Shown: piece by piece, positions 42,928 through 51,839 of the stretch
Layout: each line of letters begins with the position of its first letter
Position numbering within the stretch: position 1 is the stretch's first letter
NCBI GenBank assembly: GCA_963747235.1
Contig: CAVVEU010000040.1
Span: forward strand, 288,001-352,000
From: an uncultured Candidatus Rokubacteria bacterium
GTDB lineage: Bacteria; Methylomirabilota; Methylomirabilia; Rokubacteriales; CSP1-6
Direction: 5' to 3'
Length of the DNA: 64,000 nt
Notes under the pieces: model-generated
Told to the model about the DNA's origin: nothing
Seen by the model: only the letters and a program-made list of their open reading frames with translations
The model's database searches: none
Position numbers and translations under genes: made by a program

Positions 42928-44493
42928 CTAGCTGAGCGGGAGCATCTGGCCGGCGCGGATCCAGAGCTCCTCCCAGAGCCAGAGGCCGGCCAGCGCCAGG
43001 CCCGCGGCCAGCTCGGAGCCGAAGGGCACCGACGCGCTCAGCAGCAGCACGAGCGGCAGCGCGATGCCCGCGGCCGCCACGCCGCCCCAGAGCGGCGCGC
43101 GCAGCGGGCCGTGCGTCAGGAGCCGCGCCGCACGCCGCGCTTCCTCCGTGCCGTGCGCGCCGAAGAGCTCGGCGCCCAGCACCAGCGCGCTCACCAGCAG
43201 CGAGGCCCAGAGCACGAGCCCCAGGCCGCCCACGATGAACGACGCGCTGCCGACCACGCGCGCGGCGAGCAGCAGGCTGGCCGAGCCCCCGACGAGCGCG
43301 GCCACCAGCAGGTGCGGCAGCAGCAGCGGGCTCTGCCAGAAGTCGCGGCCCTCGGCCTGGCCGAAGAGAAACGCGCTGTAGCCCGCGGTCGCCGCCGCCA
43401 CCACCGCCATGGGCCAGGCCAGCAGGTGCAGCGCCACGAGATTGCCGATGAGGCCGGCCAGCAGCCACAACGTGCCCAGCACGCCGGCCGCGAACAGGAT
43501 GAAGCCGCCCAGCACGAGCCACGAGCGCGGATTCGGCTTGAAGATCAGGAAGAGGAAGCGCTCCGGCCGCTTGAGATCGAGCACGAGGAGCAGCGAGGTC
43601 AGCAGCAGGAAGGCCAGGCCGATCGCGGGCACCGCGAGGCCGGTCAGCGCGTCCGCGGTGAGGAAGCCGGCGCCGATGCCGAGCGAGGCGACCAGGAAGG
43701 CGCCCGCCGCGATGGACTTGGTCCAGAGATACGCGGCGACCTTCCAGCCCCACGGCCGCTCGGGGTGCGCGACATCGTAGACGGTACGCGCCAGCGCCAG
43801 CAGATCCATTCCGTCGGTCGCGGCCGTGACGCGGTCGGCACCGCCGGCTGCGCGACGGGACGATTCGGCTTGCCCGGGATTCGGGATGCGCCCGACCTGC
43901 GAGAACAGGTAGCCGCCGCGCCGCTCCTGCATCTCCGGCGTGAGCGCGGCCGACTCCGCGCCCACGTAGAAGAGCTTCGGCCGCGTCCCCTGCTCCGGCT
44001 TGCGCACCTGGGTCTGCTGCGAGGCCACGAGCCGCGCGATCGTGCTCCCCGGATCGTCGAGATCGCCGGGCACGATGGCCTGCACCGGGCACACCACGAC
44101 GCAGGCCGGCTCGAGCCCCGACTCCACGCGATGGGCGCAGTAGTGGCACTTGGCCGCGGTGTTCGTCTCGGGATCGATGTAGAGCGCGTCGTAGGGGCAC
44201 GCCTGCATGCACGACTTGCAGCCGATGCACCGCGAGCCGTCGAAGTCCACGATGCCGTCGGGCCGGCGGTAGAGCGCCACCGTCGGGCAGATGGTCACGC
44301 AGGGCGCGTTGTCGCAGTGGTTGCAGCGCATCACCGTGAAGTAGCGCCGCGTGTCCGGGAAGGTGCCCTTCTCGATGTACTTCACCCAGGTGCGGTTGAC
44401 GCCCAGCGGAACCTGGTTCTCCTCCTTGCAGGCCACCGTGCAGGCGTGGCAGCCGATGCACTTCCGCTGGTCGATCACGAAGCCGTAGCGCAT
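42928..44493 (-). CDS. Four-cluster ferredoxin (NrfC/PsrB-like) fused to NrfD/PsrC membrane domain
   Basis: CIGCHACTVAC, CNHCDNAPCVTICP, CIGCKSCMQACPY, CHYC...PACVVVCP; then PWGWKVAAY, LVLDLKRPERF, RSWLVLG and multiple TM segments. Confidence 0.92.
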   Translation of the reverse strand: MRYGFVIDQRKCIGCHACTVACKEENQVPLGVNRTWVKYIEKGTFPDTRRYFTVMRCNHCDNAPCVTICPTVALYRRPDGIVDFDGSRCIGCKSCMQACPYDALYIDPETNTAAKCHYCAHRVESGLEPACVVVCPVQAIVPGDLDDPGSTIARLVASQQTQVRKPEQGTRPKLFYVGAESAALTPEMQERRGGYLFSQVGRIPNPGQAESSRRAAGGADRVTAATDGMDLLALARTVYDVAHPERPWGWKVAAYLWTKSIAAGAFLVASLGIGAGFLTADALTGLAVPAIGLAFLLLTSLLLVLDLKRPERFLFLIFKPNPRSWLVLGGFILFAAGVLGTLWLLAGLIGNLVALHLLAWPMAVVAAATAGYSAFLFGQAEGRDFWQSPLLLPHLLVAALVGGSASLLLAARVVGSASFIVGGLGLVLWASLLVSALVLGAELFGAHGTEEARRAARLLTHGPLRAPLWGGVAAAGIALPLVLLLSASVPFGSELAAGLALAGLWLWEELWIRAGQMLPLS

Positions 44494-44494
44494 G

Positions 44495-45282
44495 TCAGTG
44501 GCCGATCACGTCGTACCAGACGCGGAGCATGACCAGCGTGATGATCCCCGCGAGCACGCCCCGCAGCACCAGCACCGGCACGCGCCGGCTCACCCGGCTG
44601 CCCAGCGGCGCGCCGGTGAGCGAGCCCAGCACCACGGTCAGCGCGGGCCACCACGGGACCTGGCCGGTCAGCGCCTTGCCCAGGAAGCCGGTCACCGCGG
44701 AGATGCCCACCATGGCCAGCGAGGTGCCGATGCTGAGCCGCATCGGGAGGCGCAGCACGCCCACCAGCACCGGCACCACGAGGAACGCCCCGCCCGCGCC
44801 GACGAATCCGGCCACGACGCCGATGGCCCCGAAGAGCGCGATCACGACCGCGCGGCTGAAGGTCATCGGGGCCCGGTCGTCACCGCCCCGCGGATCGGCG
44901 GGTGCGACAAGCATGAGCGGCAGCGCGATCGTGGTCATGAGCGCGAACGTGACGAGGAGCAGCGCGCCCGGACACGTGGGAGGAGAGGATCGCGCCCAGC
45001 CAGCGAGCCCACCGCCATCGCGGCACCCCCGGTCAGCGCCAGCCCGCGGTGCACCAGCGCGTGCCGCCCGTGACTCCACGTGCCCACCGCCGCGGCCGCG
45101 AGCACCTGGGTCATGCTGAGCCCGGCCACCGCCTTGATCGGCAGCTCGCCCGCGCCCACCAGCGGCGGAACGTAGTAGAGCAGCGGGATCATCACGATGG
45201 CGCCGCCCACGCCGACGAGCCCGGAGACGAAGGCGCCGCAGAAGGCGAGGACGAAGAGGGTGATCTCCAGCGTCGGCGTCAC
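44495..45282 (-). CDS. TauE/SafE (TSUP) family transporter; frameshift near 44990
   Basis: SGLVGVGGAIVMIP, AGFVGAGGAFLVVP, IGTSLAM. Confidence 0.88.
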
Positions 45283-45356
45283 GCGTGCGCCTGCCGCAGG
45301 GCATGGTGGCTCATGAGGGCCACCATGATAGCGCGACTGGCCCGTTCGAGCGCCGC

Positions 45357-45976
45357 TTACCTGAGGCTCGAGTAGTACGCGGCCAGGTCCCCGAGGGTCT
45401 CGTCGGGGATCGTCTTCAGCAGCGCCTTGAGCGCGGCCAGCGCCGGGTCGCCCGGGCTGCGCCGATCCTGCTTGAACAGCAGCATCTGCTCGCGCAGATA
45501 GCCGGGCGCCTGCCCGGCCAGGTTCGGAATCAGCTTGGCCGCGTCGCCCTGTCCCTGCGGGCCGTGACAGATCGCGCACTGGGCCGCCGCGCTGCCGCCC
45601 GCGGGCCACCGCGTCGGCGGGCGACTGGATGGGCGTGGGCTCGCGTCGGCGGGAGGCGAAGTAGGCCGCGACGTCGTCCACGCCCAGGTTCAGCACCTGC
45701 TTGGCGTAGGGCTCCATCTCGGCCGAGAGCCGCTTGCCCGCCGCGTAGTCCTGCGATCTGCTTCTTCAGATACGCCGCGTCCTGGCCCGCGATGATCGGC
45801 ATCGCGCTCGAGCGGCTATTGCCCGCCTGCCCGTGGCAGGCCGCGCAGGTGACGGACTTGAGCGCGCCGCGCTCGTCGAGCGGGCCCGCGGCGTGAGCGG
45901 CGCCGCCGGCCAGCGCGGCCAGCGTGAGCGCGACGACCAGAGCGAGACCACGTGGCGTGACACGCATGGCGCTCAT
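45357..45976 (-). CDS. fccA: Diheme cytochrome c (c4/FccA-like); frameshifts
   Basis: Signal peptide, CAACH and CAICH heme motifs, two PxxAGQ...YL..Q repeats; ATGA overlap with fccB. Confidence 0.8.
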
Positions 45977-47242
45977 GCCAGGATGTCCGCCCAGATGGAC
46001 TGGGTCCAGCCGATGGCCCGCTGGGCCACCAGCGGGCTCTGCGCCGGCGTGAGCTTCTGCTCGATCTGCACGACCTTGCCGTTCTCGATGCGGTACGCGT
46101 TCACCACCGCGATGGCCTCCCGGTCGCTGACCCAGCTATAGCAGGTGTTGCCGGGCGCGAGTGTCGGCGCCTCCTTGCCGTTGATCAGGCTGACCACCGA
46201 GGCGGCGGTGATCTTGCCCATCGCATTGGCCACGTTGCCCGACTTCGGCACGGGCAGGCCGATGGTGGCGTCGCCGATCACGTGGATGCCCGGCTGCTTC
46301 ACCGACTCGTAGGTGACGTGGTTGACCTCGCACCAGCGCTTGTCGCCGCCGACCAGGTCGGCCTGCACCGCGATGGCGCCCGCGCGCTGGGGCGGGATCA
46401 CGTTGACCACGTCGTAGCGGATCTTGTCGAACTCGGTGCGGACTTCCTTGTTGCCCGGATCCACCCCGACCACGCGGCTCGCGGCGCGGTAGTCGATGTT
46501 CGGATAGGCCTGCCACGCGGTCCGGAAGAGCGCGGTCTTGGAGATGATGTTCTGGTTGGCGTCCAGCACGATCAGCTTCGACCTGGGCTTGTTGGTCTTG
46601 AGGTACCAGGCCACCATCGAGGTGCGCTCGTAGGGGCCGGGCGGGCACCGGTAGGCCGCGAGCGGGATGCTCAGCACGAACACGCCGCCGTCGGGCATCG
46701 CCGCGAGCTGCTGGGCGAGCTGCACGGTCTGGGGACCCGCCTTCCACGCGTGCAGGACCTTGTCCTGGTTCTGGGCGAGCCCTTCCACCTGCTCCCACTG
46801 GAAGTCCACGCCGGGCGAGACGATGAGGCGGTCGTACTGCGAGATATCCCTCGCCGAGCCGCACGCGCTTCTGGTCGGGCTCGATGGCGGTGGCCGTCTC
46901 GTGGATGATCCGCACCCCGTGCTTGCGCAGGCCGTCGTAGCCCATCGTGAGCGAGTCGATCGAGCGCAGGCCCGCCAGGACCAGATTGCTGAACGGGCAG
47001 GAGATGAACTCGCGGTTGGGCTCGATCAGCACCACCTCGATGTTCGGGTCGAGCAGGCGCACGTACTTGGCCGCCGTCGCCCCGCCCCAGCCGCCGCCGA
47101 TCACGACGACGCGCGGGCCCTTCTTCGGGGCGAAGTCGCCCTTGATCGCGGTGGCGCATCCGGTGAGCCCGGCGCCGGCCAGCACGCCGAGTCCGAGGCC
47201 GGACGACCGCAGGAATGCCCTTCGCGTGACCACGCTCGTCAT
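45973..47242 (-). CDS. fccB: Flavocytochrome c sulfide dehydrogenase flavoprotein (FccB/SoxF); frameshift near 46840
   Basis: TRRAFL Tat motif, VVVIGGGWGG, SCPFSN, YRCPPGPYER, IGDA, PKSG, NTCYS. Confidence 0.92.
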
Positions 47243-47301
47243 TGTGCCGCCGCCTCCCTGGTGCCGCGTCGAATTCTCAATTCTTGACCGGGATCGACGA
47301 G

Positions 47302-47330
47302 AATCTACCGAGGCGACCTGGACCTGTCAA
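47302..47330 (-). promoter_or_regulatory. Near-consensus sigma70 promoter heading the sulfur cluster
   Basis: Minus strand TTGACA-N17-TAGATT about 60 nt upstream of fccB; GGGAGG RBS follows. Confidence 0.75.
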
Positions 47331-48577
47331 GCCGATTGGGCGGTTCCGAGCACCTGCCTGACCCGCTCCAGGATCTCCTCGGGTGCCCCCGCGAGGTGAA
47401 CGGGCGGCGGGAGCGGGGGCGGCGGGTGCTTGATCCCGGCTCCGGTCAGGACGAGCACGATGCGCGCCGTGGCGTCGACCTGGCGCTCGTCCAGCATCTG
47501 GAGGAGGGCGGCCAGGGTCGCGGCGGCCTCGGGTGCCGTCCAGATCCCCTCGACCCGGGCGAGCAGCTGCTGGGCATCCACGATCGCCTGCTCGCTGACC
47601 GTCTGTGGAAAGCCCCCGCTCTCTCGCAGGATGCGCAGCATCTGCCGGCCCGCGAAGGGTCCGGGCACGCGCAGGCCGGGCGCGTTCGTGAACGGGTTCT
47701 CCACCGCGGTGGTGGTCTCGGCCTTGTCTTCCCACGCGCGCGCCAGCGGCGCGCAGCCCTCCGCCTGCACCGCGACGAAGCGCGGCGGCGCGGCCGCGAC
47801 CCAGCCCATGGCCGCGAGCTCCTCGTAGGCTTTCCAGATGCCGACGAGACCGGTGCCTCCGCCGGTCGGGTAGAGGAGCCAGTCCGGAGCATCCCACCCG
47901 AGCTGCTCCGCGAGCTCGAGGCCCATCGTCTTCTTGCCCTCGAGCCGGTACGGCTCCTTGAGCGTGGCCAGATCGAACCAGCCGATCCGCGGCGCGACCG
48001 CGGCGATGGCGCGGCCGGCGGTGGCGATCGTGCCGTCCACGGTGAAGACGTGGGCGCCGGCCAGCATCGCCTCCGCCACCGCGGCCTCCGGCGTGTCGCG
48101 GGGCACCACCACCGCGATCGGAGAGGCCGGCGCGGGCCCCGTAGACCGCGGCGGCGCCGCCCGCGTTGCCCGCCGAGGGGATCATCAGGCCGGTGACGCC
48201 GAGCGTGCGCGCGCGGGTGATGGCCATCCCGAGCCCGCGCGCCTTGAACGTGCCGGTCGGGTTCTGCCCCTCGTCCTTGGCCCAGAGATGCCGCAGGCCC
48301 AGATGCGCGGCGAGCCGGGGCAGCGCGAGCAGCGGCGTGCCGCCCTCGCCGAGCGTGATCGGCTCCTCGCCGTCGGCGAGCGGCAGCAGCTCGCGGAAGC
48401 GGTACATCCCGGGCGGACGGCGCGCGAGATCGTCCCGGGTGAGGGCCGCGGCGACGCGCGGCAGATCGTAGCGGACCGCGAGCATCTGGCCGCACTGCTC
48501 GCAGACGGTGAGCAGGCGGTGGTGGTCGTGGCGCCGGGCGCAGACCGTGCACTCGACGTGCGTGACGAAGCTCGTCT
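47327..48577 (-). CDS. thrC: Threonine synthase; frameshift near 48120; start codon apparently damaged
   Basis: CTVC..CEQC, LGEGGTP, NPTGTFKARG (PLP Lys), PSAGNAG, EGKKTMG, YPTGGGTG. Confidence 0.85.
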
Positions 48578-50646
48578 TAGTGCTTCTCTTTCTCGGCCCG
48601 GTGAGAAGCGACGACCTTCTCGGCCTGCTGGTTCGGCACCTCTTCGTAGTGCGAGAACTCCATCGAGTAGCCGCCGCGGCCGCCGGTCATCGAGCGCAGG
48701 CTCGACTCGTAGGTGAGCATCTCCGACATCGGGACCTGCGCGCGCACCGCCACCACGTCGCCGTCCGGCTCCATGCCCACGATGCGGCCGCGCCGGCCGT
48801 TGAGATCGCCGATGACGTCGCCCGCGCCCTCCGACGGCGCGGTGACCTCCACGTTCATCACCGGCTCGAGCAGGCAGGGCTTGGCCTCCATGAAGCCCTT
48901 CTGCAGGCCCATCGAGGCCGCGATCTGGAACGCCATGTCCGAGGAGTCCACGTCGTGATAGGAGCCGTCGTAGAGCGTGACCTTCAGATCCACCACCGGG
49001 TAGCCCGCGAGGATGCCGCGCTTCATGCAGTCGCGCACGCCCTTCTCCACCGAGGGGATGAAGTTGCGCGGAATCGCGCCGCCGAAGATGTCGTCCACGA
49101 ACTCGAAGCCGCCGCCGCGGGTGAGCGGCTCGACGCGGATCCAGGTGTCGCCGTACTGGCCGCGCCCGCCGGTCTGCTTCTTGTACTTGCCCTGCACCTC
49201 GGCGCGGCCCTTGACCGTCTCCCGGTAAGGAATGCGCGGCGGGAGCAGGGACACGTCCACGTTGTACTTCCGCTTCATCCGCTCCACCACGACCTCGACG
49301 TGGAGCTGGCCCATGCCCGAGACCAGGAGCTGCTTGGTCTCCGGGTCGTAGTGGTGGTGCAGCGTGGGGTCTTCCTCGGCCATGCGGTGCAGCGCGGTCG
49401 AGATCTTGTCCTCGTCGCCGCGGGTCTTCGGCTGGATCGCGAAGGAGATCGCGGGCTCCGGGAAGGAGATGCCGGGCAGCACGACCGGATGCGCCTCGTC
49501 GGAGAGCGTGTCGCCGGTGAGCGTGTCCTTGAGCTTGGCCACCACACCGATCTCGCCCGGCCCGAGCGCCTCGACGTGCTTCTGGGTCTTGCCGGAGAGC
49601 CAGCCGAGATGCCCGATCCGCTCGCGGCTGTCGCGGCTCGCGTTGTAGACCTGGCTGTCGGCGCGCAGCGTCCCCGAGTAGACCCGGAAGACGGAGAGCT
49701 TGCCCACGTGCGGGTCCGAGATGGTCTTGAACACCACCGCGCTGAGCGGGGCCTTGGGATCGGCGGCGCGCCGGGCCGCGGCCTTGGTGCGCGGCTCCGT
49801 GCCCTCCACCTCCGCCGCGTCGGCGGGCGACGGGAATTCCTTCACGAGGAGGTCGAGCAGCGGCGCGATCCCGATCCCGCGCGTGGCCGAGCTGGCCAGG
49901 ATGGGCACGAGATCGCCGGACATGATGGCCCGGCGCAGCGCGGCCAGCATCTCGGGCTCGCCGATCGAGCCCTCCTCCAGGTACTTCGCGAGCAGATCGT
50001 CGTCGGTCTCCGCGGCGGCCTCGACCAGCTTCTCGCGGTAGGACTTCGCGGTCTCGACGAGATCGGCCGGGATCTCGGCTTCCTTGACCTTGCCGTCAGC
50101 CAGGACCAGCGCCCGCATCGCGATCAGGTCCACCACCCCAATGAAGCTGTTCTCGGCGCCGATCGGGAGCTGCATTGGGACGAGCCGGCCCTTCAGACGC
50201 TTCTGCAGCGACTCGAGCGTGCGGAAGAAGTCGGCCCGCTCGCGGTCGAGCCGGTTCACCACGATCGCGCGCGGCAGCGCGAAGTCGTTGGCGAACTTCC
50301 AGACCTTCTCGGTCTGCACCTGCACCCCCGCCACCGCGTCCACCACCACCACCGCGGCGCCCGCCACCCGCAGGCCCGCGCGCGCGTCGGCCACGAAGTC
50401 GCCGTAGCCGGGGGTGTCGATGAGGTTGAGCCGGTGGCCCTGGTGATCGGCGAAGCCGACCGCGGTGTTCAGCGAGATCTTGCGCTTGATCTCGTCGGGG
50501 TCGAAGTCGGTGGTCGTGGTCCCGTCGTCCACACGCCCGAGCCGGGTGCTGGCTCCGCACGCGAACAGGATCGCCTCGACCAGGGAGGTCTTGCCCACGC
50601 CGCCGTGGCCAACGAATGCGACATTGCGGATCTTGGCGATGTCCAT
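48577..50646 (-). CDS. fusA: Elongation factor G (stand-alone paralog)
   Basis: GHGGVGKT, DTPGY, NRLD, GMGQLH, YKKQTGGRGQYG, DGSYHDVDSS, LLEPVM. Confidence 0.93.
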   Translation of the reverse strand: MDIAKIRNVAFVGHGGVGKTSLVEAILFACGASTRLGRVDDGTTTTDFDPDEIKRKISLNTAVGFADHQGHRLNLIDTPGYGDFVADARAGLRVAGAAVVVVDAVAGVQVQTEKVWKFANDFALPRAIVVNRLDRERADFFRTLESLQKRLKGRLVPMQLPIGAENSFIGVVDLIAMRALVLADGKVKEAEIPADLVETAKSYREKLVEAAAETDDDLLAKYLEEGSIGEPEMLAALRRAIMSGDLVPILASSATRGIGIAPLLDLLVKEFPSPADAAEVEGTEPRTKAAARRAADPKAPLSAVVFKTISDPHVGKLSVFRVYSGTLRADSQVYNASRDSRERIGHLGWLSGKTQKHVEALGPGEIGVVAKLKDTLTGDTLSDEAHPVVLPGISFPEPAISFAIQPKTRGDEDKISTALHRMAEEDPTLHHHYDPETKQLLVSGMGQLHVEVVVERMKRKYNVDVSLLPPRIPYRETVKGRAEVQGKYKKQTGGRGQYGDTWIRVEPLTRGGGFEFVDDIFGGAIPRNFIPSVEKGVRDCMKRGILAGYPVVDLKVTLYDGSYHDVDSSDMAFQIAASMGLQKGFMEAKPCLLEPVMNVEVTAPSEGAGDVIGDLNGRRGRIVGMEPDGDVVAVRAQVPMSEMLTYESSLRSMTGGRGGYSMEFSHYEEVPNQQAEKVVASHRAEKEKH

Positions 50647-50727
50647 GCCTACCTCCTGGGGAGGAAGAAGGACGATGCGGTCTGTGTGGCGGGGATGCTA
50701 CCACAGCGTTTCGGGGCCTTCCAGCGG

Positions 50728-51724
50728 TCAAGATGATGCGCTGTGCCGTACCTCCGCGCCGACGGCGTGGAGCAGCCGCTCCGGCGTGTCCGGATTGATC
50801 GAGCAATCGGGCCCGAGCAGGAAGCCGCCGGCGCTCATCTCGCGCGTGGCGGCGCGCGCCCGCTCGACGAGGGCGGCCTCGGTCATCCCCGCGATCTCGG
50901 GCTTGGCCGGGAGCCCGCCCACCACCGCGCGGCCGGTGCGCGCGCGCACCTCCGCGAGGGTCGGGTTGCCCGGCACGGTGGCGAAGCTCCACGCGGTGAC
51001 CGGGTAGTCGGCGAACTCCTCGAAGTGGATGCCCGTGCCGCAGACGTGGAGCAGGTTGAACGGAGCGTGCTCGACCGATTTCAGTATGCGCAGGTCCCAC
51101 GGGCGCTGCCAGCGGCGGCACTCCTCCGCGCTCATCAGCGCCCGCGTCGCCACGTTCGTGGCGTAGAAGAGCCCGTCCGCGCCGGCGGCCAGGCAGAGGC
51201 GCGCGTACTCCGCGAGCGTCTCCGCCATCACGTCGAACGCGCGCGCCGGTTTCACGCGGGGCGTCACGGAGGAAGCGCATCGCCTGGTCGCGGCCACCCC
51301 GGGCCAGCATCGGCAGGATCATCGGCGGCGCGAAGATCGTCCAGATGATCGGCACGTCGGGGCCGACCGCGGCGCGGATGAGCCGGAGCGCCTCGAGCTG
51401 CTCGCCGAGCGCGCCCTCGCGGGGATCCACCGCGGGCAGCCGCGCGAGATCGTCCGCCGAGCCCACCGGCGCGTGAGTGACGGTGTACGGCGTCGCCTTC
51501 TCGCCCGACGGCGCGTAGGTGAGCCCCCACATCTCGGCGAAGCACTGGGCGCGCGACTGCGGCTTGAGGAAGTCCCAGTCGAAGGCGCGCGCGAGCCGCA
51601 GCGTCTCGTCGGCCAGGCCCTTGGCCGAGTTCTCGGTCGCGAAGTTGTGGAGCCAGAACGCGAGCGGGATGCGGTCCACCGCCTGGCCCGCGAGCGCCGC
51701 CGTCACCCGCTGACGCTTCGTCAT
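50728..51724 (-). CDS. Uroporphyrinogen decarboxylase (URO-D/CIMS) family protein; frameshift near 51260
   Basis: MTKRQRVTAALAGQAVDRIP, AGADGLFYA, LLHVCG, LGPDCSI. Confidence 0.8.
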
Positions 51725-51737
51725 CGTGCCGGTCGGC

Positions 51738-51839
51738 TCATCGATCGGGTGATCTGTAGAGGCCGTCCACTTCCGGGATGCTCGTGTAGGTGTAGACCGC
51801 GAGCAGCAGCAGGAGCCCGAGGGCGAGCGATCGCCTCAC
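51738..51839 (-). pseudogene. 33-aa ORF or remnant with signal-peptide-like start
   Basis: MRRSLALGLLLLLAVYTYTSIPEVDGLYRSPDR; GTGA overlap with the amidohydrolase stop codon. Confidence 0.4.

Noticed and set aside
38718-47242. Canonical Sox thiosulfate-oxidation pathway
   Set aside because: No soxA, soxX, soxB, soxC or soxD in the window; only SoxYZ-like and SoxF/FccB-like genes are present.
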